NCBI GenBank assembly: GCA_965213685.1
Contig: CBDBZY010000003.1
Span: 32,001-96,000, forward strand
Length of the DNA: 64,000 nt
Reading direction: 5' to 3'
From: a bacterium
Lineage (GTDB): Bacteria; UBA8248
Shown here: in pieces, positions 42,792 through 52,026 of the stretch
How the letters are laid out: each line of letters starts with the position of its first letter
How positions within the stretch are numbered: the first letter of the stretch is position 1
The notes under the pieces: generated by a model
Databases searched by the model: none
What the model was told of the DNA's origin: nothing
The model's input: only the letters and a program-made list of their open reading frames with translations
Translations under genes and position numbers: made by a program

Positions 42792-43182
42792 CGCCCCGGA
42801 GCGGGGGCCCGCAGCGCTTTTTGTTCTCCCCCTCCACCGGCCGGATACGATCCGTCTCCCGTCCGGTGCGGGGCGATGGCTGCGCGGCCAAAACGGGCGG
42901 GAGCAATGGACGGAAGGAGAAGGATTTTGGAGGGCGCGCCCCTTGCCTCCGGCGGGGTGGCCAAACTTGTTTTCCGCTCCTTGCGCGGTATATTTGTACG
43001 TGCTTGGGGCACGCGCCTGGTTCGGGACTTCTCGTTGCCTCCGCGCCGCCATCCGTTTCGGGGCACTCCCGGCGGACGCCGCGCCGTCCGGTTTGCGGTT
43101 TCCGCGGGCGGTGAAGGATAATCGGCGCGAGTGCCCCAGAGGGGCGTCGTTTCTGAAGGGGCTGTCTTCATATGGGGGTCTT

Positions 43183-45102
43183 ATGATTTCACACGCCATC
43201 CACAAGTCGTCGGCCATCCTGCTGGCGTTCGCCCTCCTGCTCGGTGCTTCCGCCGGATCGGGGCACGCGCAGGGGAACGATTATCGCAGAGCACTCGGGG
43301 TCATCAGCGACAAGCTGCGCCAGCGGTTCCCGCATCTGCGCGGTGCGGTGGTCGCCGTCAAGGGGGGCGACCTCTACCTCAGCCTGGGCGAGAAGGACAA
43401 GGTGGCCAAAGGGGTCAAGCTCCGCGTCTATCGAGCGGGCGCGCCGTTCCGGCATCCGACCACGGGGGTTGTCCTGGGCGCACTCGAGCAGGAGATCGGC
43501 GAGGCCGAAGTCGTCGAGGTGCGCGCGAAATTCTCCATCGCGCGCATGGTCCGACTCACCCCGGGCACGGATTTGGCTCCCCGCGTCGGCGACACCGCGC
43601 GCGTGTCCTCGGAGAAGGTGCGCCTGGCGATACTGCCGTTCGTCAACCAGACGAAAGAGTCCATCAGCATGGAGGTGCTCACGAGAGAGTTGGCCCGCCA
43701 GCTCATCGGAAGCGGGCGCTTCGACGTGTTCGACGTGGATCGGCTGCAGGTCTGGCTGCTGGAGAGCGGCATCGCCAACGACGAGATTCTCCAGGGCGCG
43801 AACCCGATTCGCCTGCGCAACCAGATACGCGCCGACATGGCTCTCGAGAGCGAGGTGCGCGAAGTCCGGGGGAAGAAAATTCTCTCCACCCGTCTTTTGT
43901 CCCTCACCACGAGGAAAGAGATTTTCCGGGCCGTGTCCATCGCCGATGAATTGCCCTTTGAGCAAAGACCGCCCAAGGAGCAGGAACTCAGGCGCGGCGA
44001 TGGCGGCGGACGCGCCGGGGCGGCGAACGCGAGTTTCGTGCTGGATCGCCAGGGCGTTCCCGGTGCGGCCGGCGGCACGCGCAGCTATTTGTTTCACAGC
44101 CTCTCTTTCCGGGGGGTGTCCGTTGCGGACGTGAACAATGACGGGAAAAAAGAAGTTGTCCTCATCACTTCGGGCCAGGTGCTCGTCTATCGCCTCGAAC
44201 AAAACCGGATGCGCGAGATCGCCCGCTTCGACGAGGGGGCGGCGAACGATTTCCGGTGGCTTGACATCGCCGACATGAACGGCGACGGCGCACCCGAGTT
44301 CTACCTCGCCTCGTATCGGTCAAACGAGTTGTTCTCGATGGTGCTGCAGTTGAAGGGCCGGCAGTTCGTGCCCCTCGTCAAAAACGACAGGACGTTGTAT
44401 CGGCTACTGCAGGTCCGGCGGCCGGGGCGGGGCGCGAACGTTCCGGATTCCGAGAAGTATCTGCTCCTGGGCCAGAGGGAGGGGATCGACAAGCCCTTCG
44501 ATGGCCCCATCCGCCGCTATCGCTGGTCGGGGAGAAAGCTCGTGGCCGCCGCTCCCTACGCGCTTCCGCCGAATCTGACGATACTCGGTTTCGGCGTATG
44601 GGACATCGACAGGGATGGTGCCCTGGACGTCATCGAGGTGGGGAATGACAATCGGCTCCGGGTGTTCTCGAGGCGCGGCGAGCAGCTCTCCGCTAGTTCC
44701 GGAACCTACGGCGTGCCCGTCTATCGGTTCCGGTCCGAGGCCAATACCGAGAGCACTTACGACAGCGAGCTCGACGGGGCGGATATCCTCATACGCTCGC
44801 GCGTTCTGGTGGAGGACGTGGACGGAGACGAAGTAGAGGAGGTTTTGGTGATCCGCAACGAGCTCGCCTCCTCCTTCGTGCCGGGCCTGGGGGTTTCCGG
44901 GGGGCAGATCGTGAGCCTGATATGGGACGGGAGCGGGTTGTCCGAAACGTGGCGATCCAAGAAACTGAGTTTCGGAGTCGTGGATTTCGCCCTGGCCGAC
45001 GCTGATAATGACGGACTGCGCGATTTGGTGGTGGTGGCGTCGAACGCGGGCCCGTTCACTAGCGGGAGAAGCCGGGTTTTCTTCTACAAGATCAAAGAAT
45101 AG
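43183..45102 (+). CDS. secreted FG-GAP/VCBS-repeat protein with FlgT-C-like and CsgG-like N-terminal regions
   Basis: Signal peptide; LYLSLG..HPTTGVVLG; LAILPF; ADVNNDGKKE, ADMNGDGAPE, WDIDRDGALD, EDVDGDEVEE, ADADNDGLRD repeats. Confidence 0.75.
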   Translation: MISHAIHKSSAILLAFALLLGASAGSGHAQGNDYRRALGVISDKLRQRFPHLRGAVVAVKGGDLYLSLGEKDKVAKGVKLRVYRAGAPFRHPTTGVVLGALEQEIGEAEVVEVRAKFSIARMVRLTPGTDLAPRVGDTARVSSEKVRLAILPFVNQTKESISMEVLTRELARQLIGSGRFDVFDVDRLQVWLLESGIANDEILQGANPIRLRNQIRADMALESEVREVRGKKILSTRLLSLTTRKEIFRAVSIADELPFEQRPPKEQELRRGDGGGRAGAANASFVLDRQGVPGAAGGTRSYLFHSLSFRGVSVADVNNDGKKEVVLITSGQVLVYRLEQNRMREIARFDEGAANDFRWLDIADMNGDGAPEFYLASYRSNELFSMVLQLKGRQFVPLVKNDRTLYRLLQVRRPGRGANVPDSEKYLLLGQREGIDKPFDGPIRRYRWSGRKLVAAAPYALPPNLTILGFGVWDIDRDGALDVIEVGNDNRLRVFSRRGEQLSASSGTYGVPVYRFRSEANTESTYDSELDGADILIRSRVLVEDVDGDEVEEVLVIRNELASSFVPGLGVSGGQIVSLIWDGSGLSETWRSKKLSFGVVDFALADADNDGLRDLVVVASNAGPFTSGRSRVFFYKIKE

Positions 45103-45140
45103 GCTTTCCGTTCCGGAAGCGACGCCTTTTCGGCTCGGCC

Positions 45141-45671
45141 TTACGGCAGGAGTTTTATCAGGGCGACGATCGCTGCCACGATACCGCCGGACAAAACCAG
45201 CGCCCCCTGGTACATCTCCGTGCGCAATTTGGCGATTTCGCCTTTCATGTCGGCCCGCAGCGCAACCCCGGAATTGGCGATTTCGGTCTTTACTTCTGCG
45301 ATTTCGGCGCGCAGCGCGGTGCTGGCTTCTGCGATGTCGGCCTTGGTGGAGTTTCGGAGTTCCGCGATTTCGGTCTTTACTTCTGCAATTTCGGAGCGCA
45401 GTGTGGCGCTGGCTTCTGCGATGTCGGCGCGCAGCGCGGTGCTGGCTTCTGCGATGTCGGCCTTGGTGGAGTTTCGGAGTTCCGCGACTTCGGTCTTTAC
45501 TTCTGCAATTTCGGCGCGCAGTGCGGTGCTGGCTTCCGCGATATCGGCCTTGGTGGCCACGTTCTCCGCGATGGCGTCCCGCACCGTGATGACGACGGCT
45601 TCCGCCTGGGCTTCTTCGAACCCGGATTCTTTAAGCAGCTTCGTCGCCTGGAGCGTGTCGAATGCGGGCAT
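45141..45671 (-). CDS. DUF1640/CCDC90-like membrane-anchored coiled-coil protein (short stalk)
   Basis: FDTLQATKLLKESGFEEAQAEAVV head, VATKADI neck, repeated stalk, C-terminal TM ending IKLLP. Confidence 0.85.
   Translation of the reverse strand: MPAFDTLQATKLLKESGFEEAQAEAVVITVRDAIAENVATKADIAEASTALRAEIAEVKTEVAELRNSTKADIAEASTALRADIAEASATLRSEIAEVKTEIAELRNSTKADIAEASTALRAEIAEVKTEIANSGVALRADMKGEIAKLRTEMYQGALVLSGGIVAAIVALIKLLP
45270..45555 (-). repeat. near-exact tandem coding repeats (ADIAEASTALR / EIAEVKT / ELRNSTK units)
   Basis: Blocks such as gcgatgtcggccttggtggagtttcggagttccgcga occur twice and tcggtctttacttctgc three times. Confidence 0.85.
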
Positions 45672-45975
45672 GGCGTCCTCTCCCGATAGGCGTCGTCCAC
45701 GAGTATAGCCCAAGGGCGCTCGCGGGCGCAAGTTCTCGCTTTCAGGGTAGGTAGGGGTGGGGTGGTTTCGCGTCATTCGGCAAGAGTCATCCCGACCGGC
45801 CGGGCGCACCGCTCCTGTCCGTACCCTGCGAGGAGCCGCCGGCGGCGAAAATTTGCCGTCTCCCGTCCCGCCCAAGCCTCATGCGGGCGGCGAAACGCCA
45901 GCCAGCTCCAACCCCCGCATTTCCTCCTCCGATCCGTTTTCAGGGCGATTCGCGCGGGGGACGATAATTTTTCCG

Positions 45976-46005
45976 TTGACAAAAAACGGAGTTTTCGTCT
46001 ATTCT
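45976..46005 (+). promoter_or_regulatory. putative sigma70 promoter of the porin gene
   Basis: TTGACA-18 bp-TATTCT. Confidence 0.55.
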
Positions 46006-46233
46006 CTCTTGCTATGTAGCATTATGACTCTATGGGGCGTTCCAGGGATGTCTTGGCCGGGAGAGTCTCCGGTCCATTCCCGGAACCTTGTCGCCGGGCA
46101 GGGCGGCCACGCGAGAGGAGGTGATGCAAGAGGAGAGAGGCGATCCCTGCGGTAAAGAGGCAAGTTCGTAACGAGGGAAACACACAGGAATGCGGCAACA
46201 CTTTTTTGAAACCTCTTGCGAGGAGAATCTCTG

Positions 46234-47628
46234 ATGAAGAAATTTCTGCTAGCTTTGTTTGCGCTGGCGCTCGTCGTGGCGTTTACCGCACCGGCGTATG
46301 CGGCGGCCGACTTCCGCTTCTCCGGCTTCTTCCGGATGCGCGGCGTCACCTCGGACAACGAGGATCGCAACGAGGACGCGGGCAGCGGCAAACAGTACTT
46401 CGACGCCTTGACCCGTCCGCGCTTCACGGCCAAGACCAACGGCGGCAAAATCATGGCCCTGTATGAATTGGACTGGACGAGCGCGAACAACGGCTTCGAC
46501 CTCACTGGCCGGCACGCGGTGGGCACGAACCGCTGGGTGGTGGATTTCGTCATTCCGGGAAGCGCGTTCCGCTTCCGCTGGGGTCGGACGGATTACGTCT
46601 CGCCCGACAAGGAAATCTTCGACAGCAGCGGCCGTTCCCGTAACGCGGGCTACGCGGTGTATGGCAAAATCGCCAACAACCTCTCGCTCAGCGCGTTCAA
46701 CACTGTGCGGAGAAACGACAAGACTGATGCGTCCGATGACGCGGACAACTATCTCGTGGCGCTGGGCTGGAAGGCGGCGCCCAACATCACGCTGTCGCCC
46801 TGGATCGCCAACTCCCGCGACAGCAGTGCGAGCGGCTATGACATGTGGTACACTGCCCTGACCGCCAAGGCGAAGGTGGGCATCGTGAGCATCAACGCCA
46901 CGGGCGTCTTCCAGAACGGCGACGTCGCCAAAGACATCGACCTCTCGGCCTGGGGCTTTCTGCTGAGAACCACGTTCGGCCTCGGCAAGCTGAAGCTCAT
47001 GGCGAACGCCACGATGCTCACGGGCGAGGACAGCAACTACGTCCTGCCGGCGGGGACAGAACGAAATGACGTGGGGCACCAGTCCATGCTGGCCGACAAG
47101 GAGCTCAACCGCTTCACGTTCCCGAGTCTCGGCGGGGTAGGCTGGGTATTCGGTCCCCACATCATGACCTCGCGTCGCTGGACGACGACGGGCAACTCCG
47201 TCCGCAACGTGACCTTGAGCGGCAACGGCCGGACCACGCAGCTGAACGGCGCGGCGATGATCGAGGGGCTGTTCGAGTACAAGGTCAGCAAGACGTTCAC
47301 GATCGGCGGCGGCCTGTCCTTCATCCAGTCGGCGGAAGCGGTGTCCAAGGTGTGCTGGGACGGCGTCGCGGCCGGTGACGACATGGAGGGCGTGGCAGTG
47401 GACGGCGATTGCCACGCAAACGAGAAGGTGGACGACGACGACCTCTACGATGACTCCAAGGACTTCGGCACGGAGTTCAACCTTGGCTTCAAGTGGAAGC
47501 TCTACCCGAACCTCGAGCTGCGCACGGTGGCCGCGTACCTGTTCGCGGGCGACTACGGCAAGAAGATGGGTGACAAGGACTTCGACGACACCTGGGTGGT
47601 CGCTTGGACGATGCGTCACACCTTCTAG
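46234..47628 (+). CDS. outer-membrane porin-like beta-barrel
   Basis: Signal MKKFLLALFALALVVAFTAPAYA; FSGFFRMRG; amphipathic strands; DFGTEFNL..AAYLFAGDY; terminal Phe; strongly biased codons. Confidence 0.8.
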   Translation: MKKFLLALFALALVVAFTAPAYAAADFRFSGFFRMRGVTSDNEDRNEDAGSGKQYFDALTRPRFTAKTNGGKIMALYELDWTSANNGFDLTGRHAVGTNRWVVDFVIPGSAFRFRWGRTDYVSPDKEIFDSSGRSRNAGYAVYGKIANNLSLSAFNTVRRNDKTDASDDADNYLVALGWKAAPNITLSPWIANSRDSSASGYDMWYTALTAKAKVGIVSINATGVFQNGDVAKDIDLSAWGFLLRTTFGLGKLKLMANATMLTGEDSNYVLPAGTERNDVGHQSMLADKELNRFTFPSLGGVGWVFGPHIMTSRRWTTTGNSVRNVTLSGNGRTTQLNGAAMIEGLFEYKVSKTFTIGGGLSFIQSAEAVSKVCWDGVAAGDDMEGVAVDGDCHANEKVDDDDLYDDSKDFGTEFNLGFKWKLYPNLELRTVAAYLFAGDYGKKMGDKDFDDTWVVAWTMRHTF

Positions 47629-47671
47629 CGTGAGGCGCATTCGCGTTCCGTCTGCATGAGGCGGACGACGG

Positions 47672-47701
47672 ACCGGGGGGCTTCGGCCCCCCGGTTTTTT
47701 T
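47672..47701 (+). terminator. intrinsic terminator
   Basis: accggggggc-ttcg-gccccccggt followed by a T run. Confidence 0.9.
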
Positions 47702-47890
47702 GTGGCGGACGACGCGGAGGCGCGTGGCGTCGCCGCCGGAGCCAGGTCGCGCCCCCTCTCGTCTATCCGGCCCCCCTCTATCCGCCGCCGGCTCTGCCGG
47801 GCGAAGCGGTGAAAACGCCGTCATCATCCCAGAGAGACGGGGGGAGCCGGAGCTGCAGGGACGCTCTTCGGCGGCCAGTGCGGGGATAAT

Positions 47891-47927
47891 GGCTCCCGCT
47901 CATATGGTTTCGTTATCGCACGGATTT
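47891..47927 (+). repeat. left copy of imperfect direct repeat flanking DUF1640 gene 2
   Basis: ggctcccgctcatatggtttcgttatcgcacggattt; matches 49023-49058. Confidence 0.8.
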
Positions 47928-47989
47928 TTTCGCTGGGAGGGAGAGGAATCGGGTTTCGAGCGAGTGGGGGGGAGGCGCCGCTTTTGTTC

Positions 47990-48886
47990 CTAGGGCAGCA
48001 GTTTTATCAGGGTGACGGTCAAACTCACGACCAGACTCACGATGCCGGCGGACAGATATAGTGCCCCCCGGTACATGTCCGTGCGCAACCCGGCGATATC
48101 GGTCTTGATCTCTGTGCGCAACTCGGCGATATCGGTCTTGAATTCCGCGCGCAGTTCAGCGATATCGGCTTTGGTTTCACTGCGCAGTTCGGCGAAATCA
48201 TTGCGCAGCCCGGAGAATTCGACCTGGAGTTGGGCGAACTCGCCGCGCAGTTCAGCGATATCGGCCTTGATTTCGTTGCGCAGTTCGGCGAAATCATTGC
48301 GCATCCCGGAGAAGTCGGCCTGGAGTTGGGCGAATTCGCCGCGCAGTTCAGCGATATCGGCCTTGGTTTCATTGCGCAGCTGCGAGAAGTCGGCCTGGAG
48401 TCGGGAGAACTCGCTGCGCAGCTCCGAGAACTCGGCCTGGAGTTGGGCGAACTCGCCGCGCAGCTGCGAGAACTCGGACTGGATTTGGGCGAACTCGCCG
48501 CGCAGCTCCGAGAACTCGGCCTGGAGTTGGGCGAATTCGCCGCGCAGTTCAGCGATATCGGCCTTGGTTTCATTGCGCAGTTCGGCGAAATCATTGCGCA
48601 TCCCGGAGAAGTCGGACTGGAGTCGGGAGAATTCGCCACGCAGCTGCGAGAAGTCGGTCTGGAGTTGGGAGAACTCGCCACGCAGCTCCGAGAAGTCTGT
48701 CTGGATTTGGGCGAATTCGCCGCGCAGCCCGGAGAACTCGCCGCTGAGTTCGGCGAATTCGGTCTTCGTGGCGAGATTCTCGCCGACCGCATCCCGCACC
48801 GTGCTGACGACGGCTTCCGCCTGGGTCTCCTCGAACCCGGATTCCTTGAGCAGCTTCGTCGCCTTGAGGGTATCGAATGCGAACAT
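47990..48886 (-). CDS. DUF1640/CCDC90-like membrane-anchored coiled-coil protein (long Phe/Leu heptad stalk)
   Basis: MFAFDTLKATKLLKESGFEETQAEAVV head, LATK neck, about 220 aa of FxxLxxE heptads with interspersed 11-mers, C-terminal TM ending IKLLP; SD GGAGG. Confidence 0.88.
   Translation of the reverse strand: MFAFDTLKATKLLKESGFEETQAEAVVSTVRDAVGENLATKTEFAELSGEFSGLRGEFAQIQTDFSELRGEFSQLQTDFSQLRGEFSRLQSDFSGMRNDFAELRNETKADIAELRGEFAQLQAEFSELRGEFAQIQSEFSQLRGEFAQLQAEFSELRSEFSRLQADFSQLRNETKADIAELRGEFAQLQADFSGMRNDFAELRNEIKADIAELRGEFAQLQVEFSGLRNDFAELRSETKADIAELRAEFKTDIAELRTEIKTDIAGLRTDMYRGALYLSAGIVSLVVSLTVTLIKLLP
48090..48760 (-). repeat. 21-bp/33-bp coding tandem repeat array
   Basis: Recurrent gcgcagttcagcgatatcggc, ctggagttgggcgaa and cgagaactcg units. 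Confidence 0.9.
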
Positions 48887-49022
48887 CGGGTTTCCTCCTC
48901 CCGTTGGCGTTGCCCAGTATAGCCCCAAAGTTCTCGCCCGCGCAAATCGCCGTTTCGGGAGGGGTTGGCCGGGTCGGCGAGACATTCTTTCTGTGGAGGC
49001 GGCGCGCTCCCCCGCGCGGGCT

Positions 49023-49058
49023 GGTTCCGGCTCACATGGTTTCGTTTCGCACGGATTT
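49023..49058 (+). repeat. right copy of imperfect direct repeat flanking DUF1640 gene 2
   Basis: ggttccggctcacatggtttcgtttcgcacggattt. Confidence 0.8.
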
Positions 49059-49260
49059 GGCAGGCGCGCGACGGGCCTGGGAGTATGGTTGCCGGACCGC
49101 TTTCCGGGTTCCGCTTTTCGGACGAGGTCTGTTGACAGGTTTCCCGGGGAATGGGATATACCATCCGGCGGCTGGCGGATGCGCAGGTTCGCCCCTACGG
49201 GAGGTTGTTCCCCTGCCACTGACTGTGTGAGGGCGAGAGAGGCTGAGGAGAGAACGAACG

Positions 49261-50421
49261 ATGGCGAACAAGCGCCGCCTCATGGCTCCTGGCCCCACGC
49301 CGGTGCCCCACCGGGTGCTCGAGGCCATGGCGCGGCCCCTGATTCACCACCGGACGCGGGAGTTCGAGATGCGTTTCGAGGACGTGCGCCGGGGGCTGGG
49401 CTGGCTTTTCCAGACGAGCGGCGACGTCATCACCCTCGCCGCCTCGGGTTCGGGCGGCATGGAGGCGGCGGTGGCGAACCTGCTCTCCCCCGGCGATTCC
49501 GCCCTCATCGTCGAGGGCGGCAAGTTCGGGGAGCGCTGGACGGAGATTTGCGCGGCCTATGGCGTCGAGGCGGACGTCCTGAAGGTCGAATGGGGTCGCT
49601 CGGTGGATGTCGATGCGTTCGAGGCGCGCCTGGCGCGGGGAGGACACCAGGCCGTCCTCATGCAGGCGAGCGAGACTTCCACCGGCGCGAAGCATGACGC
49701 GCGGGAGATCGGGCGGGTCGTCCGCGAGCGATCTCCGGAGACGCTCGTGGTCGTGGACGCCATCACCGCGTTGGGCGTGTATGACCTCGGAGCCGAGGAA
49801 TGGGGGCTGGACGCCGTGATCACAGGCAGCCAGAAGGCGCTCATGCTGCCGCCGGGGCTGGCCTTCGTGTGGCTGAGCGCGCGCGCGTGGCGGGCGGCCG
49901 CGGCGACCCAATCGCCCCGGTATTATTTCGACCTGGCGCTCGAGCGGAAGAGCCAGAGAAAGAACACCACGGCGTGGACGCCGGCGATTTCCCTGATGGC
50001 GGGACTGGGCGCCGCGCTTGAGATGATGCGCGAGGAGGGGCTCGCGAACATATTCGCGCGTCACGCGCTTCTGGCGGAGGCGACCGGGGCGGCCGTCCAG
50101 GCCCTGGGGCTGGAGATATTTCCCCAGGACCTCAGGAGCGAGGCGCTCACCGCCGTTCGCGTCCCCGAGGGAATCGACGGCAAGGAGATTCCCCGCCGGA
50201 TGGAGGACGCGCACGGGGTGACCATCGCCGGCGGGCAGGGCGGCCTGGGCGGCAGGATTTTCCGGATCGGGCACCTGGGCCATGTGGACTCCTCCGACGT
50301 GCTGGCGGCGGTCGGCGCCCTGGAGTCCACCCTCGCCGACCTGGGATATGCCCTGGAGAAAGGGCGCGGCCTCGCGGCGGCGCAAGAGGTGCTGGCGGCG
50401 CAAGAGGTGCTGGAAAAGTGA
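49261..50421 (+). CDS. class V aminotransferase (alanine/serine-glyoxylate family; probable phosphoserine aminotransferase role)
   Basis: LMAPGPTPVP, ASGSGGMEAA, ETSTG, VVDAI, GSQKALMLPPGL, FRIGHLG; coupled to serA. Confidence 0.9.
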   Translation: MANKRRLMAPGPTPVPHRVLEAMARPLIHHRTREFEMRFEDVRRGLGWLFQTSGDVITLAASGSGGMEAAVANLLSPGDSALIVEGGKFGERWTEICAAYGVEADVLKVEWGRSVDVDAFEARLARGGHQAVLMQASETSTGAKHDAREIGRVVRERSPETLVVVDAITALGVYDLGAEEWGLDAVITGSQKALMLPPGLAFVWLSARAWRAAAATQSPRYYFDLALERKSQRKNTTAWTPAISLMAGLGAALEMMREEGLANIFARHALLAEATGAAVQALGLEIFPQDLRSEALTAVRVPEGIDGKEIPRRMEDAHGVTIAGGQGGLGGRIFRIGHLGHVDSSDVLAAVGALESTLADLGYALEKGRGLAAAQEVLAAQEVLEK

Positions 50422-52026
50422 GGGAAACGCATCGCGTTCTGATTTGCGAGCCCCTCTCCCCCCGGGCGGAGGAGATACTCGGGGCACGGGACGGCTTCGA
50501 GGTGCGCAGCCGCGTCTTCGAGGCGCGCGCGGAGCTGCTCGACGCCGTCAAAACGGCGGATGCGCTCATCGTGCGGAGCGGCACGCGGGTGGACAAGGAG
50601 CTGCTGGAGGCCGGGGACGCGCTCAAGATTGTCGCGCGCGCGGGCATCGGCGTGGACAACGTGGACCTCGAGGCCGCCAGCGTGCGCGGGGTTCTGGTGG
50701 TGAACGCCCCCGATGGCAACGTCATCACCACGGCGGAGCATACCATCGCCATGATGTTCGCCCTGGCGCGCAAGATTCCCTCCGCCGTCTCCTCGCTCCA
50801 GCAGGGGAGGTGGGAGCGGAGCCGCTTCGTGGGGAGCGAGCTCTCCTCCAAGACCCTGGGCGTCGTGGGCATGGGGCGCGTGGGCTCGCAGACGGCGGCG
50901 TTCGCCCGCAGCCTGGGCATGAACGTCATCGCCCACGATCCCTACATCGCCGAGGAGGTGCTCTCGAAGCGGGGCGTGAGTCCCGTGGGCTTCGGGGAAC
51001 TCCTGGAGAGGGCGGACTACATCACCCTGCACGTGCCGGGAACCGCTGAAACCGGAAATCTCATCGGCGCGGCGGAAATCGCCCGGATGCGCGATGGCGT
51101 TCGCCTCATCAACTGCGCGCGCGGGGGGCTGATAGACGAGGCGGCCCTGGCCGAGGCGCTCGACAGCGGGAAGGTCGCGGGCGCCGCGGTGGACGTGTAC
51201 GCCCAGGAGCCGCCGGGGACGGACGGCCCGCTCATCGGGCGCGACGACGTCGTCTGCACGCCCCACCTGGGCGCGTCGACCACGGAGGCGCAGGAGAACG
51301 TGGCGATCAGCGTGGCGGAGCAGGTGGTGGCGTATCTGACGGAGGGCGCGGTGCGGCACGCCGTGAACCTGCCGGCGCTGGGGCCCGAGGCGCTGGAGCA
51401 AATCGGCCCCCACCTCGAGCTGGCCGACCGCCTGGGCGATTTTCTGGCCCAGCTCGCCGAGGGGGGATTGCAGGCGATAGAGGTGGTCTATGGCGGGGCG
51501 CTCGATATGCCCATGAAGGCGCTGGCCGCAGCGGCGCTCAAGGGGGGTGCTGGGCCATTTCCTGGCGGGCGCGCGCGTGAACATGGTGAACGGCCTCCTG
51601 CTTGCGAAGGAGCGCGGGATCGAGGTGGAGACGACGGTGCGCTCGGAGAACCTCCTCTACACGGACCTGGTCGAGCTGCGCGTGAAAACCGACGCGGGCG
51701 AGCGCTCCGTGGCGGGCACGTTTTTCAGAAAGGACGAGCCGCGGATTGTGCGGATTGACGACTTCTCCGTCGACGTGGCCCTCGCCGGTTATCTCCTCGT
51801 GTTCCGGAACGACGATCGCCCCGGGCTGATCGGCAGAATCGGCACGCTGCTCGGAAGCCACAACATCAACATCGCCGGGATGCAGCTCGGAAGGATGCGG
51901 AAGCACGCCGTCGCCGTCGCCGTCCTGACGCTGGACGATCCCGTGCCCGAGTGCGTCATGAAGGAGGTGCGGGCCATTCCCAACATGTATGACGCCCAGC
52001 TGGTCAAGCTGGTGTCCCCATCATGA
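50418..52026 (+). CDS. serA: D-3-phosphoglycerate dehydrogenase (frameshift at G6 near 51545)
   Basis: IVRSGT, RAGIGVDNVD, GMGRVG, INCARGGLIDE, TPHLGASTTEAQ; ASB/ACT domain (DRPGLIG..NINIAGMQLGR) in the 51547..52026 frame. Confidence 0.93.

Noticed and set aside
45220-45708. Plus-strand repetitive ORF, and likewise 48012..49697
   Set aside because: Antisense shadows of the DUF1640 genes, which have the recognisable head, SD and TM anchor
48090-48760. Regular repeats resembling a CRISPR array
   Set aside because: Units are 21/33 bp, in frame, have no unique spacers and encode a coiled coil; no cas genes
49132-49164. TTGACA promoter for the aminotransferase-serA operon
   Set aside because: Best -10 candidates are 19-21 bp away; plausible but too weak to list
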